IMG/VR virus record: IMGVR_UViG_3300013132_000036 | Span: 1-64,000 of that record | DNA length: 64,000 nt | DNA from: a virus | Reading direction: 5' to 3' (one strand) | The notes under the pieces: model-generated | What the model saw: only the letters and a program-made list of their open reading frames with translations | Databases searched by the model: none | What the model was told of the DNA's origin: nothing | Part shown: one piece after another, positions 9,167 through 20,199 of the stretch | Position numbering within the stretch: position 1 is the first letter of the stretch | Layout: each line of letters begins with the position of its first letter | Program-made: the position numbers and the translations under genes

Positions 9167-9964
9167 TTATAGCTCAATATATTTAAAAATTTCTCCGTCA
9201 ATCAAGCATATTTTTATTGGCTTGATATTTTCAGAGATATACAATAGCTTTTTTAATTGATTGGGGTTCGATTTTTTATTCTTACTGTAACTAGACTTCC
9301 CCATTAAAACATCATAGGTAAAAGTAGATTTTACTTCAATATAAAAATTATTAAATTCAAAATCTGGAGTATATGCACCATATTTTGTTTTAATTGAAGA
9401 GGTAGGTTTTTTTGGAAGGTCTAAATTATTTTCGATTAGAATCTCTATATATTTTTTCTCTGCTGTCCCATAACATTTTAATCCACCAACTAAAAATTCT
9501 TTGCATCTTCCCGGTCCATTATGGTAAATGCCATTGTTTTTCTCTATCCTTGAATTAACCTGTTTTTGTTTAATCTCTTTTGCATCTTCCCTTTTTGACC
9601 AATTTTTCTCCGACAGTTTTTTTCTTAACCCCTCTTTAAATATTGGATCCTTCCATCTTTCCTTAGTTGTCTCGGAACATAATTTTTTCCATTCGTTTTT
9701 TTCATCTTCAGATTTTCTTTCATATATCTTCTTATTAGTATCTGATATTTTTTCGTTTATTATAATTTTTTCAGCATCAGATAATTCTGAAAGATATTTC
9801 TTCCTAGAATTTGAAGCTTTAAATCTAACTTCGTCTTTTTCCCAAACTTTTGATACAGCACATTTTTTACACAAGGATCCCTTTCTTTCAGCCCTTTTGA
9901 AAAAATACAAACCTGAATAAGTTATTTCGCTGTTACAAGATGGACAATTTCTGATTTTTTCCAT
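9167..9964 (-). mobile_element. Free-standing putative homing endonuclease (Zn ribbon, basic helical region, PD-(D/E)xK nuclease)
   Basis: CPSC...CKKC, Lys-rich middle, YTPDF...YIEVKS; own GATATATA at 9969-9976; more AT-rich than neighbours. Confidence 0.7.
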
Positions 9965-9999
9965 ATGATATATATCAGAGATTATCTTTCAATTTACCC

Positions 10000-10920
10000 T
10001 CAAATTCTATCGAATTCTTTTAGATATTTAATTAGAGCCAGATCCTTCATTTTTACCTCCAATTCAATTGATAATTCAAGTCCATATGTTTCTATTTTCT
10101 GATGTATCCAGTCAGAATGAGCAACCTCTTTAGAATTTGAATCCTCAAATAATTTTCTAGAATCTGAATAATGGACTAACGGGGTAAAACCTTTCCACGT
10201 AGAAGCACATATTAATAGCGAATCATATTCTGATAATTCAGGAGGAGGATTGCAAATATTATGTAAATAATCAAATGTGATTGGTATATCTATTTTTGAA
10301 TGAACAAGATTCATAAGATCTACTGATGTAAATTGTGATTTTTTATCGTCAATTTCCACAACCAATCTGCTTTTTACGTTGTGTGGTAAATCTAGATATA
10401 TTTTACAGAATCTTTCCGCTGATTCTTCTTTGGAAGGCTTAGTTGTATTGATATGGATGTTAATAGGATAATGGTAAGATTGATCAAGACCCATTAGATC
10501 CATTATTTCTGCATGCTGTCTAAGCTCCTTGATAGACTTTTCAACGACTGATGGATTTTCTGAAGCGATTACACAATAGGGCGATGGATGAAAACTTAAT
10601 CTCTGATCCATAGCTCTAGCAATATCACCCGCTATCTTAAGATTAAGTTCTATAATTTCATAGTCCGGCAAATCTGATATTTCATATTCAGACATCCAGG
10701 GAAACATATCAGAACTCATCCGATACATTTTTATTCCTTTCTGGCCGTTGAAATTTATTATTCTTATTAGATCTTCTGTGTTCTTTACAGCAAGTTCAGA
10801 TACGTAGGGTAGTCCTTTTTCGAGAAAGGTCTTTTTTATCATTCCTCGGTTTGTTGTTACCTTTTCTTTCTCTAATGAAAGACAAAGACAACAATAACCC
10901 ATTCTATTGTCGTGTTTCAT
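10000..10920 (-). CDS. uvsE: UV DNA damage repair endonuclease
   Basis: MGYCC, YRMSSDMFP, RLSFHP, INIH, FDYLH, AHSD, EVKMKD. Confidence 0.92.
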   Translation of the reverse strand: MKHDNRMGYCCLCLSLEKEKVTTNRGMIKKTFLEKGLPYVSELAVKNTEDLIRIINFNGQKGIKMYRMSSDMFPWMSEYEISDLPDYEIIELNLKIAGDIARAMDQRLSFHPSPYCVIASENPSVVEKSIKELRQHAEIMDLMGLDQSYHYPINIHINTTKPSKEESAERFCKIYLDLPHNVKSRLVVEIDDKKSQFTSVDLMNLVHSKIDIPITFDYLHNICNPPPELSEYDSLLICASTWKGFTPLVHYSDSRKLFEDSNSKEVAHSDWIHQKIETYGLELSIELEVKMKDLALIKYLKEFDRI

Positions 10921-10934
10921 ACCATAAAGGTAGA

Positions 10935-11681
10935 TTAAAAATTCTTAAGAGACTGGATGATTTTAAATCTTTCCCTAGCATTTAGGTCGTCGATGTTTTC
11001 TTTTCCTGTTTCTCTTCTAAGAAGTTTCTTAAATTTAGTAGGATTTGAAGAAGCACCTGATTGATCTGCAAATTGTCTAACATCTCTTCTGGAAGGTATT
11101 AAATCAACCACCCATGCTTTTATAGGAATATTATATTGAAGTGCCAAGTTAGCAACTCTATTCCCAGAGAATAAATAATAGCTTGCTTCCTCGGATGTTC
11201 TAGTTTCACCAAAGTTTATGAATTTTATTACAACGGGAGCAGGTAAACTTATACTTCCGCTTTTCTTTAACTCCTCGGTTGTTTTTATAAGTACATCTCC
11301 ATATGCTCTACCGTATGCTCCATTTACTATGTTATCATACTCATAGACCATGAAGTTCTGAATACTGTTAACATCAAAGCTTCCCTCAGAAACTATGGGA
11401 ATATCCTCAAAATACCCCTTTCCGAAAGGTTCGGAAATATATTTATAAAACTTGGTAGCTCTTGGTGATGTTTTACCGATATCCTTGTTTCCTATGGTTA
11501 TGTTGTGCTGATAAAACTCTAATTTTGCTTTATCATCATAATGCTCAATCTCCTTAGCTAAATCTGGTTTTGTCCAGTTTATTTTTAGGTTCTTTTTAGA
11601 ACTAGTCGACGGAGAGCTTTGTGGTGATTCTGCTCCCACATTTTCTTGCTCATTAATAAAATCTTTTAACCTTAAAATCAT
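10935..11681 (-). CDS. Hypothetical protein with capsid-targeting-like leader; degenerate ParB/Srx-like core
   Basis: MILRLKDFINEQ; LPAPVV...YYLFSGNR...IPIKAWVV resembles ParB-N; GATATATA at 11687-11694. Confidence 0.5.
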   Translation of the reverse strand: MILRLKDFINEQENVGAESPQSSPSTSSKKNLKINWTKPDLAKEIEHYDDKAKLEFYQHNITIGNKDIGKTSPRATKFYKYISEPFGKGYFEDIPIVSEGSFDVNSIQNFMVYEYDNIVNGAYGRAYGDVLIKTTEELKKSGSISLPAPVVIKFINFGETRTSEEASYYLFSGNRVANLALQYNIPIKAWVVDLIPSRRDVRQFADQSGASSNPTKFKKLLRRETGKENIDDLNARERFKIIQSLKNF

Positions 11682-11713
11682 CTTTGTATATATCCACTTA
11701 TTGTTAGATAACT

Positions 11714-13501
11714 CTACTTAACATTTGAAAGCCATTTTTTTCTTAACTCTGAAGAATCACCAAACGCCATTTCTAATTTTTCCTTACTATCCCCGCTCTC
11801 TTCTATAGATATAAGTGTTTTATCACTCATTACCCATTCCCAATCTTCTAATGATAAAGATCCTAATCCTTTTAAGTATCTGATATTTCCGCTAGGCTTT
11901 GCTTTTTTAAATTCGTCCATATCCCAGTAGTACTTTCTTTTCTTAGAATCACCAACTGAAACCAGCGGGATTTTTAAAAAACTAAGTCTTTTTGACCTTA
12001 TAATCATAGGAAACCATTTATAAAAAAGGTTTATAAGCAGGGATGTAATGTGTGATCCATCTGGGTCCGGATCAGTAGCGATAACAATTCTTTTATATCC
12101 TACAGTCTCGATGTTTCTGGCGGTTGGATCAAGACCTAGTATTTGCATTAATTCTAATATCTCCTTGTTGTCAGATAGATCTCCTATATTCTTACAATTC
12201 TTTATTTTACCTTTGAGAGCGTAAACTCCATCTTCTTTAGGATTTCTTTTTTGTAATATAGATCCCATTGCAGATAATCCTTCAACTATAAAAAGATTTT
12301 CAGCCAAAGATTTTTGGGCTGGGAAATACTTGTGAGAGTGTTTTAAATTAACTTTCCTTTTTTCTGCTCTTAATTTTTTTACATATCCCTCGTTTTTTCT
12401 CTCTTCGACTTTTTTCAATATTCTCTCGAAAATTTCGGTTTTAAAAAATCCCTGTAGTTTAGATCCAAATTTATTCATGAGAAGATTTTCTATTTCTTCT
12501 CTTGTTGTAACAAATCTAGTTTTATTTTGATCCCCGAATTTAACATACTTAGGAGGAAGATTTAAAACTATCATCGCATCATAAAAATGGTGTCCTAATG
12601 TGTCATCAAGCTTAGCATTTATAAAATCATTAACTATCTTCTGATGTATTCCAGTACACATGGCAGAATTAACAAAACTAATGGATCCGGATCCTTCGTA
12701 TTTTTCCCAGATTGTTATCTGGCCTATATCAGTATTAATCTTAAAAGAATCATCTGGTATAAATCTTGTATTTAAATCTATAAGTTCTGAATCCCATAAA
12801 ACCTTTATGCTCAAATTGCTGAGAACAGGATCTCTTTTTATAAGATCGTATTTAAGAATTAAAATAGAAGTGAGAACCTCTTTATCCCATTTATCCCCAC
12901 CAAAAACTTCTGATAAGGGTTTAAAAGTTACTGTTGTTCCTGATTTAATCTTTATTGTGTTCTTAGTTATTTTAGGTTCGCTCCCCTCGTAATTTTTCCA
13001 CTCTTGAAAATAATGGAATTTGTCATTTATTGTTTGTATAGAAAAATATTTAGACAGCACATTAACAAGGCTTACTCCCATTCCATTAGTACCAACAAGG
13101 GATTCCTCTACATCATCATTCTCAAAGTTAGACCCTGCTCTTAACTGGGAAACTGCTGTTTCTATATTTGTTTTACCACTAACTTTATTGATTTCAGTTC
13201 CCTTATAAAATCCGTTACCCGTGTCCATAATAGAAACACTATTGTCCTTAGAATTAACAGAAATATGAATGTCCTCCATTTTCCCATTCATTCTTTTAGC
13301 TTCGTCTAAAGCATTAGAAAAGACCTCGTCAAATAACTTGTACATTCCAACTGATATCTTCTTAGACTCAATAAAAAGCGTGTTATTTCTTATTATAGGA
13401 ACCTTTTCGTCAGTTGGTTTAACACTGCCTACATAAACGGTAGGCCTCAATAAAATGTGTTCCCTTTCAGAGAGAACCTGTATCTCTTTTTTTGATGACA
13501 T
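11714..13501 (-). CDS. Type IIA DNA topoisomerase, ATPase+TOPRIM subunit (gp39+60/GyrB-like)
   Basis: EHILLRP, EVFSNALDE, GTNGMG, VEGLSA, ALKGK, TDPDPDG, RYLKGLGS. Confidence 0.94.
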   Translation of the reverse strand: MSSKKEIQVLSEREHILLRPTVYVGSVKPTDEKVPIIRNNTLFIESKKISVGMYKLFDEVFSNALDEAKRMNGKMEDIHISVNSKDNSVSIMDTGNGFYKGTEINKVSGKTNIETAVSQLRAGSNFENDDVEESLVGTNGMGVSLVNVLSKYFSIQTINDKFHYFQEWKNYEGSEPKITKNTIKIKSGTTVTFKPLSEVFGGDKWDKEVLTSILILKYDLIKRDPVLSNLSIKVLWDSELIDLNTRFIPDDSFKINTDIGQITIWEKYEGSGSISFVNSAMCTGIHQKIVNDFINAKLDDTLGHHFYDAMIVLNLPPKYVKFGDQNKTRFVTTREEIENLLMNKFGSKLQGFFKTEIFERILKKVEERKNEGYVKKLRAEKRKVNLKHSHKYFPAQKSLAENLFIVEGLSAMGSILQKRNPKEDGVYALKGKIKNCKNIGDLSDNKEILELMQILGLDPTARNIETVGYKRIVIATDPDPDGSHITSLLINLFYKWFPMIIRSKRLSFLKIPLVSVGDSKKRKYYWDMDEFKKAKPSGNIRYLKGLGSLSLEDWEWVMSDKTLISIEESGDSKEKLEMAFGDSSELRKKWLSNVK

Positions 13502-13507
13502 ATAATG

Positions 13508-13536
13508 ATTATAAATAAATAGGAGAGAAAAGTTTC
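13508..13536 (-). promoter_or_regulatory. Putative early/middle promoter GAAACTTT-N15-TATAAT
   Basis: Same spacing as the 5853-5881 element. Confidence 0.7.
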
Positions 13537-13896
13537 TTACATGAGTCTATAGATGAGACCCTCGTTGATGCTATTTTTCTTACATGTTCCTCCCATAAGT
13601 TCAACCACTGTGTCTGCATCCTCGTGTTCGAAGTGATCGCATTCATTAAGTTCACAGGGGTTACAGTTATGATATATTTTTTCAATCTTACCTCTTTTAA
13701 TAAAGATAATATCCAAAGGTATTAAGCACCCTTTCATATGAAAGGATTTGTGCCCTGACTCATTAAACTTAAAAAGCATCCCCTCATTTTCAAGGAGATG
13801 CTCTCTTTCTGAAAGTCCTTTTGGAAAATCTTTACATTCTTCCAATACAAAAGTATGGTTTCCGATTTTTGCTATATAAAAATCATCGAAGTCCAT
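13537..13896 (-). CDS. DUF192 family protein
   Basis: KGLS.R, EGMLF.F, FHMK..LIPLDIIFI, VVELMGG. Confidence 0.85.
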   Translation of the reverse strand: MDFDDFYIAKIGNHTFVLEECKDFPKGLSEREHLLENEGMLFKFNESGHKSFHMKGCLIPLDIIFIKRGKIEKIYHNCNPCELNECDHFEHEDADTVVELMGGTCKKNSINEGLIYRLM

Positions 13897-13914
13897 ATCT
13901 TAATAAAGATTATG

Positions 13915-14397
13915 TTATTTAACGTATGCCTCGTCAATGATATCCGGTGTTAACTCAATAGTGATATTCTTTCTTTTCATAGAATAAGGAACTGCTATAA
14001 TAACGCCTCTAGTCTGATCAACATCTTTAACAACAAATTCAGAATCTACGAATATGTTTCTAGAAGGCTCGTCTGCTGTTTTGCTTCTGTCACCCATATA
14101 AACGTCAGTTTCTGGATCATAGACATCTTCTTGATCTTTACTAGGATCATATCCCATTTCAGTATAAATATCTTTTAGATATTGTGGGGCATTCTTACCT
14201 TGTGTTGGTATTTCAGCTATTACTGTAATTTCAGAAAGAGTTCCATTAGCAACTTGAGTAAGAAAATCCTGAAGTTCGCCAATAAACTTATTTCTTTTTA
14301 TTGTTCTTTCTGGTTGGAAACTAGATCCCCTGTAAAGAGGAATTCCTACGTTATAAACAGACTCATTTAAAAAATCCGCAAATCTTAGAATTCTCAT
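13915..14397 (-). CDS. Hypothetical protein with capsid-targeting-like leader
   Basis: MRILRFADFLNES; GATATATA at 14415-14422. Confidence 0.7.
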   Translation of the reverse strand: MRILRFADFLNESVYNVGIPLYRGSSFQPERTIKRNKFIGELQDFLTQVANGTLSEITVIAEIPTQGKNAPQYLKDIYTEMGYDPSKDQEDVYDPETDVYMGDRSKTADEPSRNIFVDSEFVVKDVDQTRGVIIAVPYSMKRKNITIELTPDIIDEAYVK

Positions 14398-14422
14398 TAT
14401 ATAACTTTTTATGTTATATATC

Positions 14423-15655
14423 CTAAGATTCCTGTAATTCCTCTTTTGGCTCTTCTTCTTTGTTTCTATTTAAAGCTTTTGCGTAAAAATCTAGATTTTT
14501 AAGAATTCTATCTTGCTCCCCTTTAGGTATTTTTTGAAATAATGGAGAATTGATTATAATACTTGTAGTCTTATGAGCTTCCTCTGCATTTCCGTTGTAA
14601 TAAGCAAGTACAGAATACTCGTCAGGCATTCTCCATTTCCAAATTTCATCCTCTACAAAAAGAATATCTGAACATGGTCCCGTTTTCATTCCTATTGCAG
14701 AAAGAGCAAAGGCTAAAGCGTATCTTTTTTTACTTCCTAAAAATTTAATAAGATGATACAAAGATTCAAGTCTATTTGGTCTGTATTCCCAAGCTTTTAA
14801 ATAGGCGTCTATTATTTCTTCGTCCGGTTTCTGCATTGTTTGTTTTTGTCTAGCAATCCAATACCTAGAAATATAAACCTCTTCGTTCCATCCACCCAGA
14901 TCAACTCTTCTTTGGTAGGCTTCAATAGATCTTTCGTGCATCCCAGCATCTCTATAACTTTGTGCCATGTAAAAGACATATCTTCTTTCTAAATCTATTG
15001 GTAGCTCTTCCTTAGGAGTTGTTAAAATAGCCTTTTCAAAAATTAAAGCATCGTTATAATATTTGTCTTTGCCTTTAATATCTCTATTGTGACCAGAAAC
15101 TGAAGCGTGCATTTCTACGCCTTCTAAAAAGTCTTCTTCGAGATCTATTCCTTCTGGACCTGAAAGATATTCATGTAAAACCCCTACATACTTCCAATCC
15201 TGGTTTCCTCTAATTAGCTGTGATCTATAGTATGCTAATGAACCCAATCTTATTTTTATTTTGTAGAAATCTTTAGTTACATTTAAAAAAGGATTAACCT
15301 CCTGATTTTCAACAAAAAGTACGTCGTCTGCATCTATTATCAATCTATAATCTGCCTTGTCTTTAGCATACTGTAGATTTTCTGTTCTGTTATAGCCAAA
15401 ATCAACCCAAGGTCTTTCGTGTAGTTCTCCGGGAATGTTATATTCGGCCATTATCTCCTTAATGAGATCTTGTGTTCCGTCAGTAGATCCTGTGTCTACA
15501 ATAACCCAATAACTAATATAATCCTTAACCGAATCTATACATCTTCTAATTACTTGAGACTCGTTCTTAACTATCATAGTTAAGCAGATAGTTGGCAGGG
15601 TTGGTTGATTTATTTCCTGATTTTCAACAGGGGATTCTTTTTCGACATTATCCAT
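14423..15655 (-). CDS. GT2 glycosyltransferase with C-terminal TPR region
   Basis: ICLTMIVKNE, VDTGSTDGT, IDADD (DxD), GVLHE; helical TPR-like C-terminal half. Confidence 0.9.
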   Translation of the reverse strand: MDNVEKESPVENQEINQPTLPTICLTMIVKNESQVIRRCIDSVKDYISYWVIVDTGSTDGTQDLIKEIMAEYNIPGELHERPWVDFGYNRTENLQYAKDKADYRLIIDADDVLFVENQEVNPFLNVTKDFYKIKIRLGSLAYYRSQLIRGNQDWKYVGVLHEYLSGPEGIDLEEDFLEGVEMHASVSGHNRDIKGKDKYYNDALIFEKAILTTPKEELPIDLERRYVFYMAQSYRDAGMHERSIEAYQRRVDLGGWNEEVYISRYWIARQKQTMQKPDEEIIDAYLKAWEYRPNRLESLYHLIKFLGSKKRYALAFALSAIGMKTGPCSDILFVEDEIWKWRMPDEYSVLAYYNGNAEEAHKTTSIIINSPLFQKIPKGEQDRILKNLDFYAKALNRNKEEEPKEELQES

Positions 15656-15672
15656 TTTATTATTTTTTAGTA

Positions 15673-15701
15673 GTTATAGAATAGTTTATAGATTAAATTT
15701 C
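15673..15701 (-). promoter_or_regulatory. Putative early/middle promoter, variant GAAATTTA-N15-TATAAC
   Basis: Same 29-bp spacing, weaker sequence match. Confidence 0.45.
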
Positions 15702-16352
15702 ATTTAATTTTTTAAATATTAAGGAAGAAACTTCCTCGAGACCTTTGGCAGCCGATATTTCTAAGAAATTACCACCATTTCTCATGGATTCTATCATGGG
15801 TAATGTCTGATCGTTGTACTCTTCCATTCTTTTTTCAAAAGCTTTCTCACTTTTGTCGTCAGATCTTCCTGATGATTTTCCTCTGTTAATAATTCTTTTC
15901 TTTAACAAATCCTCAGGTCCGTTTAAAAAGAAAACATATACAAGCTTTAATTTGTTTACCCTACAGATCTCTTCAAAAATATCTCTTTGTGCAAGGTTTC
16001 TGGGGTATCCATCAAATATAAATCCCCTAGGATCATGATGCTTAGAATAATCTTTAAGATATGCTATTAGTTCTTTTCCTACTAGATCATCTGGAAGTAA
16101 TTCTCCAGTCTTCATCATTTTTTTAATGTCCTTATCATCAGATTGCCTTAATATATCTCCAGTAGAAACGTGCTTCCATCTCATACCTTTAGATATTATT
16201 TTGGCCTGTGTTCCTTTACCACATCCAGGTGGACCGGTTAAAATTATGCAGGGAATCTCTTCTAAATTTTCTTTGCCATCAATATCTCCAAATTCTTTTA
16301 CAAATTCTTTGAAGTTACTTACTTTCTTTGGATTATTTTTTTTGCTTTCCAT
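15693..16352 (-). CDS. adk: Adenylate kinase (short LID) with extra N-terminal leader
   Basis: GPPGCGKGTQ, HVSTGDILR, GELLPD, FDGYPR, GRSDD. Confidence 0.93.
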   Translation of the reverse strand: MESKKNNPKKVSNFKEFVKEFGDIDGKENLEEIPCIILTGPPGCGKGTQAKIISKGMRWKHVSTGDILRQSDDKDIKKMMKTGELLPDDLVGKELIAYLKDYSKHHDPRGFIFDGYPRNLAQRDIFEEICRVNKLKLVYVFFLNGPEDLLKKRIINRGKSSGRSDDKSEKAFEKRMEEYNDQTLPMIESMRNGGNFLEISAAKGLEEVSSLIFKKLNEI

Positions 16353-16360
16353 AATTTTAT

Positions 16361-18727
16361 TTATGATCCGCAGGCTTCACAATCTTCTGGATTATCAATA
16401 CTACAAACTAAATCGCTGTAATTGTCTTCCTCAGTTTTTATGTCCTCGTTTTTACTAGTATCTATCCCTAATCCTTTTATGGCAGTTGTAGCAGCTTTAG
16501 TTCTGATGTAGTAGCTTCCGGTTTTTAATCCTTTAGACCATCCATAAAAATGAGCTGATGAGAGCTTAGCAAAGTTTGCGTCTTGTACAAATAAATTCAT
16601 ACTCTGACTTTGACAGATAAAAGGGGCTCTTCCCGCAGCATGATCTATAATAACTTTTTGACTCATCTCCCAAGCTGTTTTATAGATAGCTTTAAGATCG
16701 TCCGGTATTTCTTTTATATCTCTTACTGATCCGTTATTAATAATGATCTTATCCCTAAGAGATTCGTTCCATAAACCTAACTTAACAAGATCTTTAACTA
16801 GATGTTTATTAACAACTGGAAATTCACCAGATAATGTTTTTCTGATATAGATATTAGAAGTAAACGGTTCAAAACATTCATTATTACCAAGGATCTGACT
16901 CGTAGAAGCAGTAGGCATAGGTGCAAGCAATAAAGAATTTCTAGCTCCGTGTGTTTTCACCCTTTCTCTTAGATCTTCCCAATCCCATCTTGTTCCTGGA
17001 GATTCATTCCATAAATCAAATTGGAATATGCCTTTTGATAATGGAGATCCTTTAAACGTTTGATAAGCTCCCTCTTTTTCTGCAAGATCAACAGAGGCAC
17101 ACATAGCTCCGTAATATATTGCTTCGAATATTTCTCTATCTAATTGTTTAGCCTCTTCAGACTCAAATGGGAGCTTTAAGATAGCAAAAGTGTCAGCTAA
17201 TCCTTGTACACCTATACCAATCGGTCTATGTTTAAGATTAGATGTTTTAGTTTCTTTAGTAGGATAGTAGTTAACATCAATTACCCTATTAAGATTAACA
17301 GTAGCTGTGTAAGCGATGTCCTTTAGAGCATTAAAGTCATACTTAGGTTTCTTACCTGGGATAATGAATTTAGGTAGTGCGATAGAAGCTAGATTACATA
17401 CTGCAGTTTCTTTCGAATCAGAATATTCAATAATCTCAGTACAAAGATTCGAGGATTTAATAGTACCAAGATTCTTCTGGTTAGATTTAATATTTGCTGA
17501 ATCCTTATAAAGAATATAAGGCGTTCCTGTTTCAATCTGTGCCTCTATAATTTTATACCAAAGATCTTGTGCTTTAACAGTCTTTCTCCCTTTTCCTTCA
17601 GATTCATATTTAGTGTAGAGTTTATTAAAGTCTTCACCATAAGCATCATCTAGTCCAGGAGCTTCATCAGGGGAGAAGAGTGTCCAAATCCCGTCTTCTT
17701 TTACTCTCTCCATAAATAAATCAGGTGTCCATAAAGCTAAGAAAAGATCTCTAGCTCTCATTTCTTCCTTACCGTGATTCTTTCTAAGATTTAAAAAGTC
17801 TTCAACATCACAATGCCAAGGCTCCAGATAAATAGCGAAAGAACCTTTTCTTCTTCCCCCTCCCTGATCTACGTATCTTGCAGTTTCGTTGAAAACTTTA
17901 AGCATAGGAATAATACCGTTAGATGTTCCATTAGTTCCTTTAATATAAGCCCCTGTTCCTCTTACATTATGAATGTGTAAACCTATACCTCCTGCATTTT
18001 TAGATATTTGAGCTACGTCAGACAAAGTTTTATAAATACCCTGTATTGAGTCATCATCCATAGAAACTAAAAAACAAGAAGAAAGCTGAGGTCTTCTTGT
18101 ACCAGAATTAAACAGGGTTGGTGTTGCGTGAGTAAAATATCCCTGACTCATTAAGTCATATGTTTTATAGGCTGAAGCTAAATCATTCTTGTGAATACCT
18201 ATAGCAACTCTCATTAACATCTGCTGTGGTCTTTCAGCTGGTTGTCCGTCGATTTTTAACAGATAAGATTTCTCTAAAGTCTTAAAACCAAAATAATCAT
18301 ATTCTAAATCCCTGTCAGTAATGATCTGTGAGTCGATATCTTTAGAGTTATTCATAATAATTTCATAGACATCATCTGCAATCATAGGAGCTTTTAAACC
18401 TGTTCTAGGATCAACATAATTATAAAGCTGATCTATTACGTGTGAAAAGCTTTTAGGTGTTCTTTTATGCAAAGACGTAACACATATCCTAGAAGCTAAA
18501 ATAGAATAGTCGGGATGTGTGGGTGTTAAAGCAGCTGCTGTTTCTGCTGCTAATGTATCTAGTTCAACTGAAGTAATTCCATCATAAAGACCATGGATAA
18601 CTTTCTTTGCTATTTCCATAGGCTCTATATAGTCCATGTTTAATCCATAACACTGCTTCTTAACTCTATTAAGAATCTTATCCAATTTAACTCTTTCTCT
18701 AGAGCCATCCCTTTTTATTACTTCCAT
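16361..18727 (-). CDS. nrdA: Ribonucleoside-diphosphate reductase class Ia alpha subunit with ATP cone
   Basis: VIKRDG ATP cone, [29 protein letters not shown]-terminal CxxC. Confidence 0.97.
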   Translation of the reverse strand: MEVIKRDGSRERVKLDKILNRVKKQCYGLNMDYIEPMEIAKKVIHGLYDGITSVELDTLAAETAAALTPTHPDYSILASRICVTSLHKRTPKSFSHVIDQLYNYVDPRTGLKAPMIADDVYEIIMNNSKDIDSQIITDRDLEYDYFGFKTLEKSYLLKIDGQPAERPQQMLMRVAIGIHKNDLASAYKTYDLMSQGYFTHATPTLFNSGTRRPQLSSCFLVSMDDDSIQGIYKTLSDVAQISKNAGGIGLHIHNVRGTGAYIKGTNGTSNGIIPMLKVFNETARYVDQGGGRRKGSFAIYLEPWHCDVEDFLNLRKNHGKEEMRARDLFLALWTPDLFMERVKEDGIWTLFSPDEAPGLDDAYGEDFNKLYTKYESEGKGRKTVKAQDLWYKIIEAQIETGTPYILYKDSANIKSNQKNLGTIKSSNLCTEIIEYSDSKETAVCNLASIALPKFIIPGKKPKYDFNALKDIAYTATVNLNRVIDVNYYPTKETKTSNLKHRPIGIGVQGLADTFAILKLPFESEEAKQLDREIFEAIYYGAMCASVDLAEKEGAYQTFKGSPLSKGIFQFDLWNESPGTRWDWEDLRERVKTHGARNSLLLAPMPTASTSQILGNNECFEPFTSNIYIRKTLSGEFPVVNKHLVKDLVKLGLWNESLRDKIIINNGSVRDIKEIPDDLKAIYKTAWEMSQKVIIDHAAGRAPFICQSQSMNLFVQDANFAKLSSAHFYGWSKGLKTGSYYIRTKAATTAIKGLGIDTSKNEDIKTEEDNYSDLVCSIDNPEDCEACGS

Positions 18728-18821
18728 TTCTTATTTTTATTTTTTATTTTTTAGTCGACTATTAGTTTCGGATCTTTCAATGTTTTTTCAAGAATCTTCA
18801 AATTATTATATGATAAGGGAT

Positions 18822-19148
18822 TTAGAATCCTGTACCATTAACCTTCCACCATTGGGATCCATCATGGAAATAAAAACTCCCCGATCCAGCTGCATAATTT
18901 CCAGTTGTTCCTGTTGATGATGTTGCACCAGGTACAGAAACTAGCATGGTGCTTCCTGTGGGTCCGGTCGAACCCTGTACTCCATATCCAGTAGCGCCAG
19001 TAGCGCCAGTAGGTCCAGTTATTCCAGTAAATGATCCATCATCAAGTAAATTCCAATAACTGTCAATAAAGTCATGGAAGTCTTGTTGTGTTGGTATGTT
19101 ACCACTGGAAAATATTACTTTAAACTGAGATCTAGATTTTTGAGCCAC
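18822..19148 (-). CDS. Small Gly/Thr-rich collagen-like protein, probably structural
   Basis: PTQQDFHDFIDS head motif, GPTGATGATG repeats, FHDGSQW; AATATATA at 19170-19177. Confidence 0.65.
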   Translation of the reverse strand: MAQKSRSQFKVIFSSGNIPTQQDFHDFIDSYWNLLDDGSFTGITGPTGATGATGYGVQGSTGPTGSTMLVSVPGATSSTGTTGNYAAGSGSFYFHDGSQWWKVNGTGF

Positions 19149-19198
19149 TTTGGATAATTATATTCTCTATATATATTCAATAGCCAACGTTTACTAAA

Positions 19199-20179
19199 CT
19201 AAAACTCAGCATCTATAGTAAATGTTTTACCAGAATCTTTGGACTCTTTAGTACTGTCCATAACACCAGATTTCTGATAAGATCCCACTCTTCCTTCAAA
19301 GAAATTTCCTTTATTTTCTAAGGCTATATTAACCATGAAATCAAAAGGACAACGTGTGTTGTAAATTTTAGAGCATCCTAAGGAAACTAATAAACGATCT
19401 GCAACAAATTCAATATACTCACACATTAAATCTGAATTCATCCCAATTAATCTAACCGGCAAAGATGACGTAACAAACTCTTTTTCGATCTCTACCGCCT
19501 CAGTAATTATCTCTACCACTGTTTCCTCTGGGAGTTTATTTTCAATGTGGCTAGTGTAAAGCAAACAAGCAAAATCACAATGTAAGCCCTCGTCCCTAGA
19601 TATCAATTCATTGGCAAAGCATAGACCTGGCATCAGGCCTCTTTTCTTTAACCAGAAAATTGAACAAAATGATCCCGAAAAGAAAATACCTTCGACAGCT
19701 GCAAAAGCTATTAGGGTTTCAACAAACGAACCGTTTTCTATCCATTTCATAGCCCAGTCAGCTTTTCTTTTAACGGAAGGAACGGTATCTATAGCATTAA
19801 ACAAATGTTCCTTTTCCTCCTCATCATTTATATAGGAGTCGATTAGGAGAGAATAAGTTTCTCCGTGGATATTTTCTATAGCTAATTGAAATCCATAAAA
19901 GCATCTTGCTTCTGGGTATTGTACCTGGTTAAAGAAGTTAGCTGCTAAATTTTCATTAACAATCCCATCAGAGTTATTAAAGAAAGCGATTACATGCTTA
20001 ATAAAATATCTCTCATTGTCGTTTAATTTATCTCTCCAATGAGATATGTCTTGTGCTAAATCTATTTCTTCTGCTGTCCAAAAAGATGCTTCTGCTGTTT
20101 TGTACATTTTCCACAGATCGTGTTGTTGAACTGGGAATAATGAAAATCTTTTCGGATTGGGTGTTAATAATTTTTCCAT
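19199..20179 (-). CDS. nrdB: Ribonucleotide reductase class Ia beta subunit
   Basis: [38 protein letters not shown]. Confidence 0.97.
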   Translation of the reverse strand: MEKLLTPNPKRFSLFPVQQHDLWKMYKTAEASFWTAEEIDLAQDISHWRDKLNDNERYFIKHVIAFFNNSDGIVNENLAANFFNQVQYPEARCFYGFQLAIENIHGETYSLLIDSYINDEEEKEHLFNAIDTVPSVKRKADWAMKWIENGSFVETLIAFAAVEGIFFSGSFCSIFWLKKRGLMPGLCFANELISRDEGLHCDFACLLYTSHIENKLPEETVVEIITEAVEIEKEFVTSSLPVRLIGMNSDLMCEYIEFVADRLLVSLGCSKIYNTRCPFDFMVNIALENKGNFFEGRVGSYQKSGVMDSTKESKDSGKTFTIDAEF

Positions 20180-20199
20180 GAATTGTTTTCTTTTATATA

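Noticed and set aside
4414-13501. Separated topoisomerase subunits or a gene 60-type ribosomal hop
   Set aside because: Unlinked gp39/gp52 is normal in T4-like phages, and the ATPase-TOPRIM subunit is one continuous ORF
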